Shown: one piece after another, positions 42,150 through 56,157 of the stretch
Layout: each line of letters starts with the position of its first letter
How positions within the stretch are numbered: position 1 is the stretch's first letter
DNA from: Octopus vulgaris
Lineage: Eukaryota
Assembly (NCBI GenBank): GCA_951406725.2
Contig: OX597817.1
Span: 29,574,001-29,638,000, forward strand
Length of the DNA: 64,000 nt
Direction of reading: 5' to 3'
Made by a program: the position numbers and the translations under genes
Notes under the pieces: generated by a model
What the model saw: only the letters and a program-made list of their open reading frames with translations
What the model was told of the DNA's origin: nothing
Database searches by the model: none

Positions 42150-43411
42150 TTAGGTCGTCAAGTACGAAATTTGTAGAAAAGAACAAAAGTTTGCAAATGC
42201 TTTATAAATACAAGGAATAGTTTTATTCATCAAAGTATGCACCCATATTGCCATTTCAGCTGTAGCTTGTCCAACAGTTAAATCCTGGGAATCTAGAATC
42301 AATAAAATCTTGGAAGGCCTGCTTTACAGCATCGTCGGAATTAATTGTTTTTCCTATAAAAAAGTTATCCAAATTCTGGAAGAAGTGGTAGTCAGTGGGG
42401 GCAAGATCGGGTGAGTATGGTGGATGATGGAGAAGTCCCAACTCCAAATCCTGTAGATTTGCCAATGTCATTTTTGCGATGTGTGGTCTGGCGTTGTCTG
42501 GCAATAAAATAGGAGTGGATCTGTTGACTAATCAAAGCTGTTTTGTGTAAGTTTCTGCATCAATTGGTCCAGTTGGCTGCAGTATACTTCGGCCGTGATT
42601 GATGAGCAAGGTTTAATGAAATCATAGTGTAATACACCTGCGCCAGACCACCAAACACACCATCAGCTTCCTTTGATGAATTTTGATTTTTGGACTGTGT
42701 TTTGGCGGCTCGTCTTTGCCCATCCATTGTGCTGAACGCTTACTGTTGTTGTATTAGATCCATTTCTCATCACATGTTACAATTCGATTAAAAATGACTC
42801 ATTGTTGTGACGAGAAAGTAGCATAATGCAGGCTTCCAAACGTTGTTCTTTCTGATTTTCATTGAGTTCATGTGGAACCCACTTATCCAAATTTTTCACG
42901 TTACTGATTTGAACTACGTGAGTCAGTACTGTTTGTTTGCTAACACCAAACAACAACGATAATTCACGGGCACATTGAGATGGATCTGACTCGACGGTGG
43001 TTTTCAGTTCGTTATTATCCACCTTTGTTTCTGGTCGACCGCGTTGCTCATTTGTGAGGTCAAAGTTACCAGAATGAAATTTTGCAAACCAATTTGATAC
43101 TGTCTGCTGTGTAATAACATTAGAACGAAATACTCCATTAATATTCCAAGCTGTCTGTGATGCTGTATTTCCAAGAAAAAAACCCATATTTCAAAACTGT
43201 ACGAATTTCCAACTTATCCATCTTTAAATAAAAACAGCAAAAAACAATTTATAAATACTTTATAAAGTGCAAAATGAGTTAGAATGAAGAGATAGATGTG
43301 TCAGCTTTCTAACAAAAAATAAAGATTGTCAAAATATAATAATGGCTGAAAATGAGCAGCTGTAAAAGTTTACCATATACCTTACTAAAGATTTCATACT
43401 TGACGACCTAA
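42150..43411 (-). mobile_element. Full-length mariner transposon (1262 bp) with TA TSD
   Basis: TIRs ttaggtcgtcaagta(c/t)gaaat at both ends, flanked by TA. Confidence 0.92.
42223..43221 (-). pseudogene. Mariner transposase, frameshifted
   Basis: WVPHEL, DNARPH and YSPDLAPTDY motifs split across several frames. Confidence 0.9.
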
Positions 43412-45344
43412 TACATAAATTTAGAATTAAGCTTACTTTTATGTTCCCTGACGACTAATAAACTATAATAAGAAGTAGTGAAATAGCTTCGTATATCTTC
43501 TCTTTGCAAAAGTATTTTCTCCTTTCCTTGCCCATTTCTGTGATGAAAGAATATAATGTAATTAATAAATATTTTACTGCTTCGAATTGACGAGATTCGA
43601 TGAAATAGCTATTTACGAATATCAAGGACGTTATAATTAAATGCAAACATTAAGGGCTTTATACAAATTTCGAATTAAATTTATAATGATTGTATGATAT
43701 ATGACATTCTATAAGTTCGAATTTGCTCCACTAACGAAAAAATTGATATTGACTACAGCCAAGACGGTTGCAATAATCGATGAAGCAACAATTTCTTAAT
43801 CTTTCTATTTCTCATTTCTCTCATCATCATGTGAGGTATATGAATAATCACCTATTGCCATTTTTATTCAAAAGAATCATATAATTTTGAAATCACATTT
43901 TCATTGTTTGGTTTCTCTCGTATATTCACAAGAAAAACTGAAACCACGGCCGATGCTCCTCTTCATGCTAATTCGCGACCTTATAAACAATAACTCAGTA
44001 GCAGAATGTCATGAACTGAACCATCAATGAATACGGTTTACTTGAAAATTTCAATAACTTATTCAGAGCTTCGATTCAGCCATGTCGACCAACTTTATAC
44101 ATCAATACTGCCAGCCACACCGACCACAATAACTTACCAATAACTCTACTTTCTGTACGAACATTTGATTCTACCACTACTACTATTTTGCATACTATCC
44201 CTATATACTTACCATACCTTTGTAACTAGCGCATCGGTTGCTTTGAAGCGATTATAGGTAATTCATCTGTAGTAGTAGTTGAGTATATTTGTAGTAGCGG
44301 TTCACTTTAAAAATTTTAATAACAATACAAGAGCGGAAAATATAAAATGCCTTTTATATTAGACGTTTAAGAACCACCAGCATTGCTAAAAATAACAGTT
44401 TAATAATATTATTCATGAATATAACGAGCATCTTACACTGGAAATACTAAATACACACATAAACACGCACATACAAGAATTATGTAGTTACGAATATTTC
44501 AGTCCATCTGCGCGGCACTTTGGGCAAGCGTTTTCTACCTCGGCACTAAACCGATCAATGTCTTTTGAGGGAATGTAGTATTGTGTGTGTGTGTGTGTGT
44601 GTGCGTGCGTGCGCGCGCGCGCGTGTGTGTGCGTGTGTGCGTGTGTGCGTGCTAGTGTGCTTACCAAGCAGACATTCTGAACTTTAAAATAAGATCCCAC
44701 ACACATTTAAGTACATACAGGCAAACACGTAAAAGATGGATAAACGCGCACACATACACACACACATATACACACAGAGACACACACAAAGATACACACA
44801 TACGCACACGTACATGCACACACACATACACACACATACATGCACACACACATACAGGCAGACACACACACTCACACACACACACACACACAGGCAGACA
44901 CACACACACACACACACACACACTATCACATATATATATATATATATATATATGTTCCTACGCATATTTCAGCACTGGATGTTCCAAGTGCATTTGGATG
45001 TCTAACTGCAACAAATCATCCGGGGGACGCTTTAATGCATCCTTTTATGAATGCACTAAAATTTTTCCCTGATGATCCATAGTTGTTAGGCACCCGAATG
45101 CGCTTGGAATATCCAATGCTGAATTCCAAATAACTGCAATGGTGAAACGTACGTAAGAACTAAATATCTATACTGGTGTTTATCTTAATTTCACACGACA
45201 TATGCTCTGTATATCATAACTGGTAACACTACTAAGCACAGTGTTCGGCTAATCGCTATTCTGGAAGCTGCCTGGATAATGATAATCAACGTGGAGGTCT
45301 GACTTTTACAGCAGTAGTAGTACATCTAACAGTACACACAAGAC

Positions 45345-45623
45345 AACACTCCGTCGATTACGACGACGAGTGTCCCAGCTGATAGATCAACGGAACACGT
45401 TTCTCGTGAAATTAACACAGACACGTGTACTTTCTCAGGGTGATTCAGCGTGACACAAAGTGTGACAATGCCGGCCCTTTGAAATACAGGTACTACTCAT
45501 TCTTGCCAGCTGAGAGAACGTGGCATAAAGTGTCTTGCTCAAGGACACAACGCGTCGCCGGGAAATGAACTCACGACCTTACGATTGTGAGCCGAATGCC
45601 CTAACTACTAAGCCACGCACCTT

Positions 45624-45625
<2 letters not shown>
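45345..45625 (-). mobile_element. SINE family D-related copy
   Basis: Shares the 3' body with 32463-32844 and has a tRNA-like head. Confidence 0.7.
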
Positions 45626-45722
<97 letters not shown>

Positions 45723-45884
45723 GTGTGTGTGATTGTGTATAGAAGAATATATTAATAAAAAGAATTCCAACCTTGTCTGATTTTCACGTTTTATTTACAA
45801 TCTTATAATGATATATTATAAGATAATATATTATAATTGAATAAAATAAAATGAAATAGTAGAATGTTAAATATTCATTCTGAT

Positions 45885-45929
45885 TGAACTAGTACTTTCA
45901 TGCATTGAATTCTGCAATCTTCGGGTTCA
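45885..45929 (-). ncRNA. Minimal HHR candidate (mirror copy)
   Basis: Reverse complement of 48875-48919. Confidence 0.6.
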
Positions 45930-46423
45930 TGTAGTAGTGTTGACAGTCATGCTTCACAATTTTTGACTGTAGCAAGATGAGTGATTCTGTGCTATAAATA
46001 CAGCTGGGTAGGCTCCAGAGTGCTAGGTTTTGCAAACTGTATTCTGACCAATCAGTGTGTAGTATCACTCAATTACTTAAGCTGATTGGTTGGTTGAGCT
46101 GATTGGTTTAGGCATCACGCTTTGTTGGACAGGTCAAGAGTCCTGTATCTTGACCCTGGCCGAAGCAGCAATTGTTGGGTTATTTTTAGAAATGTTGTAA
46201 ATATCCTTTGTCAGAGATTTTTATATTTTTATATTTCAATTGTCATCATCATCATTGTCAGCACCTTAATTATTGTTGCTAGTGGTGATGGTGGTGGCAA
46301 TAGAACTTTTAACCCTAAATAAGATAATTTTCCTGCTATCTTCGTCTTGATCACCTTTAGTATTGTTGTTGTTGTTAGTGGTCATGGTCGTAGCAGTGGA
46401 AGTAATACCTCTAAGTATTATTA

Positions 46424-47394
46424 TTATTGCTTATTTAGCTTGGGTTCGAATTTATCAATAAAATTCTTTTCTCTGATTTTCCTCTCGATTTCACTTGGGC
46501 TGTGTAATTTGTAGAATGGAAATATTATATATATTTTCCGACCACATGTTGCTAGGTGGTTACTCAAAGGTATCTGACGGACCTCTGGGTCTCTAATCTG
46601 TTGCCGGTGTACACGTGAGCGTTCTAATAGTGCGTTTCCCGTCTGACCTACATATATTTCTTCACAATTTGGGCATTTGATGCAGTAAATTAAATTTCTG
46701 CTTTTGCAGTTCATATTCGCGTTTGTGAATATTTTCCCGGTTTTTGTGTTTATATATTGACCGGTATGTATGAATTGGCATGTGCCACATCGGCTATCAT
46801 TGCATTTAGATACCGTGAATGTTTGGTCTTTGTTGCTGAGGTCAAATTTTGCCTTTGTTAGTAATGTTTTCAAGTTTTTAGGCTGTCTTTTACTAAGCAC
46901 CATAGCTCGATCCTTGATTATGTCTTTTAATTCATTACTTTGGGCAATGATTGGAAGGTTTGCTTTGGCAATGTTGAAGATATTCTGGTGACATGGGTTG
47001 TGTGTCACTATGAATGGTATGACTTGTTCTTGTTTTCCTCTTCCTTGGGTTGTCCTAAGTTGTTGTATAGGTATTTTTATAGCCCGCTGTATGCCATTTT
47101 CTATAAGTAGAGATGGGTATTTTTTGTTTGAGCAAAAATTCTCTTAGTTCTATTAGGCGTTTGTTCCTGATATTTGCATCTTCTACAATAGTACAAATTC
47201 TTCTGGCTAGGCAGTATGGGATGTTACGTTTTGTATGTGGTGGATGGCACGACTTAAAATTTAGGTATTGATGTGTGTCTGTGTGTTTATAGTATATATC
47301 TGTGGTGATGGTGGTGTCTTTTTTAATTACCATTATATCAGGAATGGTAATTTGGTACTACTCATCTCCTTTGTAAATTTGAGAGATGGGTGTA
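46424..47394 (-). pseudogene. Mirror copy of the PLE RT-thumb/GIY-YIG frame with two 1-nt indels
   Basis: ORFs 46424-47008 and 47055-47333 repeat the plus-strand protein; indels near 47120 and 47340. Confidence 0.85.
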
Positions 47395-47397
47395 TCC

Positions 47398-48380
47398 TCC
47401 TGAATAACCTACACCCATCTCTCAAATTTACAAAGGAGATGAGTAGTACCAAATTACCATTCCTGGATATAATGGTAATTAAAAAAGACACCACCATCAC
47501 CACAGATATATACTATAAACACACAGACACACATCAATACCTAAATTTTAAGTCGTGCCATCCACCACATACAAAACGTAACATCCCATACTGCCTAGCC
47601 AGAAGAATTTGTACTATTGTAGAAGATGCAAATATCAGGAACAAACGCCTAATAGAACTAAGAGAATTTTTGCTCAAACAAAAATACCCATCTCTACTTA
47701 TAGAAAATGGCATACAGCGGGCTATAAAAATACCTATACAACAACTTAGGACAACCCAAGGAAGAGGAAAACAAGAACAAGTCATACCATTCATAGTGAC
47801 ACACAACCCATGTCACCAGAATATCTTCAACATTGCCAAAGCAAACCTTCCAATCATTGCCCAAAGTAATGAATTAAAAGACATAATCAAGGATCGAGCT
47901 ATGGTGCTTAGTAAAAGACAGCCTAAAAACTTGAAAACATTACTAACAAAGGCAAAATTTGACCTCAGCAACAAAGACCAAACATTCACGGTATCTAAAT
48001 GCAATGATAGCCGATGTGGCACATGCCAATTCATACATACCGGTCAATATATAAACACAAAAACCGGGAAAATATTCACAAACGCGAATATGAACTGCAA
48101 AAGCAGAAATTTAATTTACTGCATCAAATGCCCAAATTGTGAAGAAATATATGTAGGTCAGACGGGAAACGCACTATTAGAACGTTCACGTGTACACCGG
48201 CAACAGATTAGAGACCCAGAGGTCCGTCAGATACCTTTGAGTAACCACCTAGCAACATGTGGTCGGAAAATATATATAATATTTCCATTCTACAAATTAC
48301 ACAGCCCAAGTGAAATCGAGAGGAAAATCAGAGAAAAGAATTTTATTGATAAATTCGAACCCAAGCTAAATAAGCAATAA
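47398..48380 (+). CDS. 5'-truncated open frame of a Penelope-like element: RT C-terminus/thumb, Cys-rich linker and GIY-YIG endonuclease
   Basis: LNNLHPSLKFT...LPFLDI...YLNFKSCHP, CNDSRCGTC, NLIYCIKCPNCEEIYVGQT and EKNFIDKFEPKLN. The N-terminal 43 aa of the listed ORF are read-through from the mirror arm. Confidence 0.88.
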
Positions 48381-48874
48381 TAATAATACTTAGAGGTATT
48401 ACTTCCACTGCTACGACCATGACCACTAACAACAACAACAATACTAAAGGTGATCAAGACGAAGATAGCAGGAAAATTATCTTATTTAGGGTTAAAAGTT
48501 CTATTGCCACCACCATCACCACTAGCAACAATAATTAAGGTGCTGACAATGATGATGATGACAATTGAAATATAAAAATATAAAAATCTCTGACAAAGGA
48601 TATTTACAACATTTCTAAAAATAACCCAACAATTGCTGCTTCGGCCAGGGTCAAGATACAGGACTCTTGACCTGTCCAACAAAGCGTGATGCCTAAACCA
48701 ATCAGCTCAACCAACCAATCAGCTTAAGTAATTGAGTGATACTACACACTGATTGGTCAGAATACAGTTTGCAAAACCTAGCACTCTGGAGCCTACCCAG
48801 CTGTATTTATAGCACAGAATCACTCATCTTGCTACAGTCAAAAATTGTGAAGCATGACTGTCAACACTACTACA

Positions 48875-48919
48875 TGAACCCGAAGATTGCAGAATTCAAT
48901 GCATGAAAGTACTAGTTCA
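48875..48919 (+). ncRNA. Minimal type I HHR candidate in the PLE 3' region (variant core CCGAAGA)
   Basis: tgaac-CCGAAGA-ttgca gaattcaa tgcat-GAAA-gtac-TA-gttca, with palindromic stem III. Confidence 0.6.
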
Positions 48920-49061
48920 ATCAGAATGAATATTTAACATTCTACTATTTCATTTTATTTTATTCAATTATAATATATTATCTTATAATATATCATTATA
49001 AGATTGTAAATAAAACGTGAAAATCAGACAAGGTTGGAATTCTTTTTATTAATATATATAT

Positions 49062-49239
49062 ATATATTAATTTCTGTTGAAGGCCGATTTATAGGGTTAC
49101 CCTGGGTTTCTTAAGGCGTATCTTCAGACCCTAAAAACTGTTGGCCTAAGTCTTAGAGTCTGAAGATACGCCATAAAGGTACCCTTTATGGCGGGAAACC
49201 CAGGGTAACCCTATAAACCGGCCTTCGGTAATTAATATA
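49062..49239. mobile_element. Fold-back mini-element beside (TA)n with an HHR in each arm
   Basis: gaaggccg...tatagggttaccctgggtttc...tatcttcagac is mirrored by gtctgaagata...gaaacccagggtaaccctata...cggccttc. Confidence 0.8.
49154..49213 (+). ncRNA. Type I hammerhead ribozyme candidate
   Basis: tagagt-CTGAAGA-ta cgccataaagg tac cctttatggcg g-GAAA-cccaggg-TA-acccta, with an 11-bp perfect stem II. Confidence 0.75.
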
Positions 49240-49294
49240 GACTGCTCTACTTCTTAGGGTGTATTTCTCCTCCGAATTTGTTTTTCTAAAAAAA

Positions 49295-49346
<52 letters not shown>

Positions 49347-52300
49347 GCACATACACACACAAACACATACATATACATACATATGAATAAGTACATATAT
49401 ATGTATATATATGTATGTGCGTGTAAGTATGTATAAATGTATGTATGTATGTCTTGATTAAAGTGGAACAGATTTTCCGTTTCTTATACACTCAAACAAA
49501 TACATCTTCATCAACATTTTAAAGTACCTTTTCTATGTTGCAATAAGTTGGACAGGTCTGCAATACGACATACTTCTACTACGCTTGATTCTACATTATC
49601 TAATTCTTTGATCTGACCTCGCTGTTTCTTTTCATCTTTTTGCACTGTCAGATTCTATCATGAGATCTATTTCTCACGCATTTTCACCTTAAAAATTGAT
49701 CATTTGTATTATGTGTTTAAAACTTGATAGTTCTCATCCATGTACATATTAATCAATAGATGGCTGTGCTAACGTTTTAAAATTTCTTTGCAATCAAATT
49801 TTCTTTGGGCAGGATTAGAAAAACGAATAAAGACACTTGGCATACTAGAAATCGTACCAGTTTGTTGACGTAAGATATATGCTACAACAAGGAATGTAGA
49901 TGAATAATGAGGTCAGCAGAGTCTGTAATACTTTGCAAGTGTTTCTGTAGTACAAATGTTTGAGTTCAAAACTCTAGTAATTAAAATTCATGCATCAAGG
50001 AAAGCATATTACTACAACCGCATTAGCAACAACACCATCATTATAATTTAAAGCTGCAATCTTTAATATTTGGTCCACATTAGTCAGTTATGTTCAACCT
50101 TACACTAGTCAATTGCATTTTTAGATAACAATGATTTTGAACTGAATTGGACTTGATTGCAATTATGGCTCATCGAATTTATGTTTTTCTGCCTGAATCA
50201 ATTTTTTTTCTAATTAGTTTTAAATTTCCAGCAAAACATGCCTTCATATCAGTTTAGTATGCATCTCACAATAACTTTCACCGTTCAAATCTATGGCAAT
50301 GAATTTTATTTTAAGTACAAAGCCAACGATTTTGAGTGGATGGAAAGGGACTCAGTTGATACCATAGATCCCAGGGCTTTATTGATTTATGTTGTCAACG
50401 CTAAAGAAGATTAAAGACAAACTTGACCTCAGCTAGATTTGAACGAGGAACTGAGGCATGGAAAGAAATAGACGTTTTTATGAAGATCCAACAATTTTAC
50501 CAATCTACCATTCTTTCTAACAAACCTTTAAATATTTACTTTACACATTAATTTAAAGTAAACATTAAACGAAAAGTGCAGTGGTTAGCTGAGATTACAA
50601 TGTGGTTTCAATACCTTGTATAAACCTGTTACTTGACTGAAGTAACTTTTCATTTCATCTCCTTGATAATATAGAACTTTTGTATGTTAAGTAAAGAAAC
50701 CAATATTAAATGTTTTAATCTCAAAGTTTCTTTCCGATAGTAGAGGATGCCATGAGGCCATAGACTTTGTTCTTTCTCCTGGAACTATGTAACTAAAAGA
50801 AAAAAAACATTTACAAGACAATAAACAACAAAACCAACCATTCAATTTCGGCGAGGGAGCAACCTCCTGTATTTACATAACTTGCATTTGAAATTCCATG
50901 CAAGTGTTTGAATTTCTCATATTCTTGAATATTCTCTTATATTGGTTTTTAAATTTGCTGAATTTGTTTCTTATTCAGCTTATTCATCTAGTTGCTTTTC
51001 TTGGAAATTATCCATCTTTTTTTTTTTATGTAACTCTCCTTTCATTTTGCTTCACAACCTTTTAAGCTTTGCAAACATTCAGATAGCTTCCAATGGTATT
51101 TTAGATAAAAGTTATTTTCCTTTTCTTTTAATTTCCCCTCATATTCTTCCTTATTTTAACTAAAAAAAAATGTGTCTTCCTAAGTTTAGTATTTACAGTT
51201 TTCTATTTCATGGTCATCAAAGATATTTTTAGTATTTTAATTTTCTTAGCTTTTACTGGATGAATGTCGGGAGTGAGGGTGCTGCTTATTTTTTCTTTCC
51301 TGTCTAAGTTTTTGTGTTTATTGTAGGTATATAGTATTTTGTTTACTGTTTTATCGATTTCTTTTGCTGTGTCTCTTTTTTAGGCATTGTGCATATATAA
51401 ATGTCTATAAATGTAAATGCATAAGTGTGTTTGTGCTAATAAATGTGTATTTGTGTTTAAATGTAAATATATGTATATGTAAGTGTGTGGAAACGGGGGT
51501 TGTTGCATTAGCATTTGTGAGTGATTACCATACAAAAAGCACTTTTTGTTTTTCTTTTTATATACAATGATTTAATTTAATTTCTGAATTGCAATCTAAT
51601 ATAAATTGTTTTTAAGCAATTCTCTGCTTGTTTGTTTATTTGATGTATTTTATTTTTATCTACCATTTATTTTTAATTTCAAGTGGAATAATTTCACAAA
51701 GAAATGATGATATAAAGAAACATTCAAAATATTAAGCATTGAATTTTCGAAATCTATAAAAAGTGAATTTATTTTAGGGAATGACTTGAGGGAGAAAACT
51801 GTTTTCTTAAAAAGAAAATAGATGATAAATAATAAATATTATGAGTAAAACTTTCACCAAGACAGCGGTAAGATATCTTGGTGGTTCGTTGTGTTTAAAT
51901 GTAAATGACAATCCAACTATCAGTTTATATCTCTTTTTAGATCTCTAAGAGGGAAAAATAAGAGAAGGGAATTATTAGTTGCTATTTTTAGAATAAGATA
52001 TCCTAAAAACAGAATCATTTGTAATATATTTCTTAAGAATAAAGAATTTATTGGTAATTAATCTCCTTTCAACCATCTGTTATGGGATGAATGGGATTTA
52101 CAGCACATGTTGCTCGGAGCAATCTTCTTTCTTTGAGAGCATATTCAATGCTATCAATTATACCTCAATGATTAGAAATCTCATATGTTTGCTATTGCAA
52201 GTCAATGAAATTGCTGGTACAATAATTTTGCAACAGGACCTGGAAGCTCACAATATATATATATATGCCTGCCAGATATGGTTTAAAAGAACTGTTTGCT

Positions 52301-52419
52301 GAGATTGTAAATGAAAAACTATTTTACATCTGTCATGCCAATAGCTTACAAGACTTAGTGAGTAAATATGGACTACTTCTCAGCTCAGACCTTATGAAAG
52401 CAAAGTAACTAGAAAAAGA

Positions 52420-52990
52420 AGGAGAGGGAAAGTTCAGGGAGCTACTTCCTCTGCTGGTAAAAAAAGATTCAACTCTAAGTATAAGGGGGCACTCTGTGAG
52501 GCCTGTGTACAATATGCAATTTTGCATGGTAGTAACATGTGGGTTTTAAATGCAGAAAATTTGAAAAGGTCAGAAAGAAATGACGTGAGCATGCTTCACG
52601 GAATATATAATCTTAGTATGTATAAATGTAGGAGCACAAATGATTTGAGAGGAAATCAATATAAGATACAGAATGAAAGAGAGAAAACGATATTGTTTGG
52701 GGCAATTGATATGGATGGAGGGTGCATCAATTGTATATAGAAGTGTTGAACACTTCTTTATATTATTGATAACCTCCATACTTATCATTATTGATAACCT
52801 CCATACATATCTTATGAAACCTGCAAAAAAAGAAGACCAGGTAAACATGAGATGAAATGGTGAAGCATGATCTCAAGAAGCTGAAACTTGCAAAGAAAGA
52901 GACAATGAGCTTGCAACATTGTAAAGCAAAACAAAATGTGTATGTAAATCGAGACCGACGTTGGATCTTTATTCATATCACCACTTGCAA
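52420..52990 (+). pseudogene. Old RTE LINE 3' fragment
   Basis: KFRELLPLLV, ACVQYAILHGSNMW and MVKHDLKKLKL. Confidence 0.7.
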
Positions 52991-53391
52991 CCAATCACCT
53001 ATACTGCTATCCCCTCTCTCTTGTGTTACTCATCGTTGACATTCACCATTCTCCCCTAATATCACAATTCTGTTGCTATCATTGATCATCGCCTATCTTT
53101 ATAGCCACACTTCAGTCCTTCTAACTTTCTCTTAGACAACCATCTTCACATCCATTAGTCTATCTTCATTAATACTCTCTCTTCTTTCACTCTCTTACTA
53201 AGTTCTCTCTCTGTTATCCCCCTCGCATCTATTCACATCACGATTGTGTTTGCTTAGAAGAAAAATGAAGAAAACGTACAGTATAAAAACCTTTTTAGAA
53301 TTACTGGGGTAAGTGAAACTCTCTAGTGCCGGTGCTACAATAAATACAGCCAGTACGCTTTAAAGTGGTTGCCAGATGAATAGAGACAGTG

Positions 53392-54235
53392 TATGAGGTC
53401 TTACAAATACGTATCCCTACTGTTGCCATAGTAACGAAGCTACAATACGCAGAGTGAAGCTGTTTAACCTCTGCTGTACACGCACCCTAAATTCTAACGT
53501 TCTGGCTCATCTCCGTTGTTTACAGCAATGCTTGGAAGTAATGTGCGTAACGTGCGATCGTCGCATTGACCACGACAGAAAAAGTTGTAATGGCGATACC
53601 TGCTCAGAGGTCTACGCAAAGTTGCAGAAAGTATATGGAGAGGTGTGTGTGAGATGCACACAAGTGTACGAGTGGTTCAGACGTTTCCAAGATGGCCGAA
53701 AAAATGTTGATATTGACGAACGTTCTGGGAAACCCGCAACCATCAGAACTGAGAAAAACATCGCAGATATGCGTGCAGCTGTGAGGGGAAATCGTCGAAT
53801 CACCATCTGTGAGTTATCAGAGGATGTGAAGATTAGCTACAGTTCAGTTCAGTCCATCATCATTGAAGATTTGGGTATGAGACGCGTGTCTGCCAAGTTT
53901 GTGCCAAAACTGCTTTCAGCTGACCAAAAAGACCGCCTTGATTGTGCCGAAAACGATGAAAATATTTTGAAAACTTTGCGTAGACCTCTGAGCAGGTATC
54001 AACAAACTTTTGTCAAAATTTGATGCAGATTCTCTGCTCAACTTTCTTCGTCATGGTTAATGCGACGATCACACGTTACACCGATTCCAAGCACCGCTGT
54101 AAACAATGGAAGTGAGGTAGAACGTTAAAACTTATTGCGCATGCACAGCAGTGTTCCAGGTCAAACTGTGCCAAAAGGCTTTACTCTGAATGCTTTAGCT
54201 TTGCTTTTATGGATACTTATTGATCAGATTAAGTA
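53392..54235 (+). mobile_element. Second copy of the fold-back mariner derivative
   Basis: ORF 53454-54023 (VYEWFRRFQDGR...RRVSAKFVPKLLSADQK) followed by an inverted copy of the 5' end. Confidence 0.85.
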
Positions 54236-55661
54236 TGATAGAAATGATCTTTCATTTTTATTGAAAATTTTGACATCTCTAGTACTAGTGTCAGGATGAA
54301 ATGCTAGGTACACTGTGTAAAGTGACTAATGTTAGGAAGGACATCCGGATATAGAAATTGTGCCAAAATGAAAAGTTCACGAACCCATTTGGAAGGATAG
54401 GAACTCAAAATAAGAAATGAATCAGACTGGGCAATCAGACTAGCATATGCCAGAAAGGAAACTAGTATAAAATAATGATAAAGAAACTTACGCAAATAAC
54501 ATCATTTTATGCTCGTTTTGCATACTGACATAGATCAAGCGAGTCACCACAGTTCGAATAAATTATAACTGTCAGTTAATCAGATAGCTTTAAGTAGAAC
54601 ATCTTGCTCATATTTTTTTAACTTTTGACTTGATTTCTACTACTGGACGCATTTCCTATCACCTACCGTTTAATATGTACAGGGTAAAATTTATCATTCT
54701 ATCAACGCAAAAGTGGTTGTAATATCCCCAGCAAAAGATTTCTCGACACAGCGTTTTCTCTTCTCATTGGCCAACCACTTTACACAATGTACAACACTCG
54801 GTATGTATTTTATTGTGATACCAGTAGGGGAGTTGGCGTCTTGTAACTGTGAGCTTGAGGAATTTTCACTCATCTAAATCGTGTATATTCGCTGGCGACA
54901 ATACGAATATGGACCAGTAGTTTGTAACTCAGGGGTTTCCTAGACATCGTTAGATAAGAAAAAGCAGTTCAGTTATTTTCATGTCTGAGAAAGAGCACAC
55001 ACATTGTTAAAACTTCAGAGTAACAATGGAATACTATACTCTACAATAGTACTGTATATATTTTCTCCCAATCATTCTAACACTCATACATTGATATTTA
55101 TAATACATATGATGTACACACTCACACAAATACACCTGCATAGTTAATAGAAACCGAATTCTGATCAGGTGACGCGAGCTTTGCGCCACTGTAGTCTTCA
55201 AGAGTAAACTGTTATTTCTCTGTTTGTGGGTACACTTATATTTATTCTAAATTTAAGGTGGTTCATATAACAATCTTAATAAACTCGCGTTATCTTTTAA
55301 TAAAAGAACATCATAAACTAGGTTAGGAAATACAGAATGAATAAAAGAATTTTAAATGCATCCTTATGAAAACAACCCAATGAAGAAGCAGTAAAATAAC
55401 AACCAATCAGCAGACAAAAAAGAAAACAAACTAATGAACAAACACAAGCATGTGACTACACATAACGATTATAACTATATCACCAAAGATGAGCTATAAC
55501 TACTCTCGCCCGGAGATCGTACTGGCGTGAAACTCGAGTCTTAAGACAGAAATTCACTTTCAACATGTACCGAACAATCGTCTCTCATTCGCTCGACCGA
55601 ATTCAATGTGCATGCGTACGTACTAGGTGTGTATATATATATATGTATATATATATATATG

Positions 55662-55773
<112 letters not shown>

Positions 55774-55779
55774 TGTGTG

Positions 55780-56025
55780 TGGAGGCGCAATGGCCTAGTG
55801 GTTAGGGCATAGCGTGTGTTTATTGAGCAAAAACACCTAAAAGCTCCACGAGGCTCCGGCAGGGGGTGGTGATCCCTGCTGTACTTTTTCACCACTCTTT
55901 CTTCTGTTGGCCTGCTTGCTTAGCCAGCGGGGTGGCGTCATTCGAAGGCTAAAACAATGCAAATGCATTGTGACCAGCGATGTGTAACAACATCTGATGG
56001 TCTGGTCGGTCACGTGATCACGTGA
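55780..56025 (+). mobile_element. SINE family D-related copy with a different 3' tail
   Basis: Head and middle match 32463-32844; the 3' part differs. Confidence 0.65.
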
Positions 56026-56080
56026 TATATATATATATGCATGTGTGTGTGAAATAAATACCTATAAATATACTTGTTCA

Positions 56081-56157
<77 letters not shown>

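Larger units (their letters stand above)
45747..49057. mobile_element. Palindromic head-to-head pair of 5'-truncated Penelope-like elements (arms about 1648 bp, 15-nt spacer)
   Basis: 45747-47394 is the reverse complement of 47410-49057; identical ORFs appear on opposite strands in the ORF track. Confidence 0.93.

Noticed and set aside
47268-47397. N-terminus of the 370-aa ORF as real protein sequence
   Set aside because: It is the antisense of the mirrored arm, an artefact of the palindrome.
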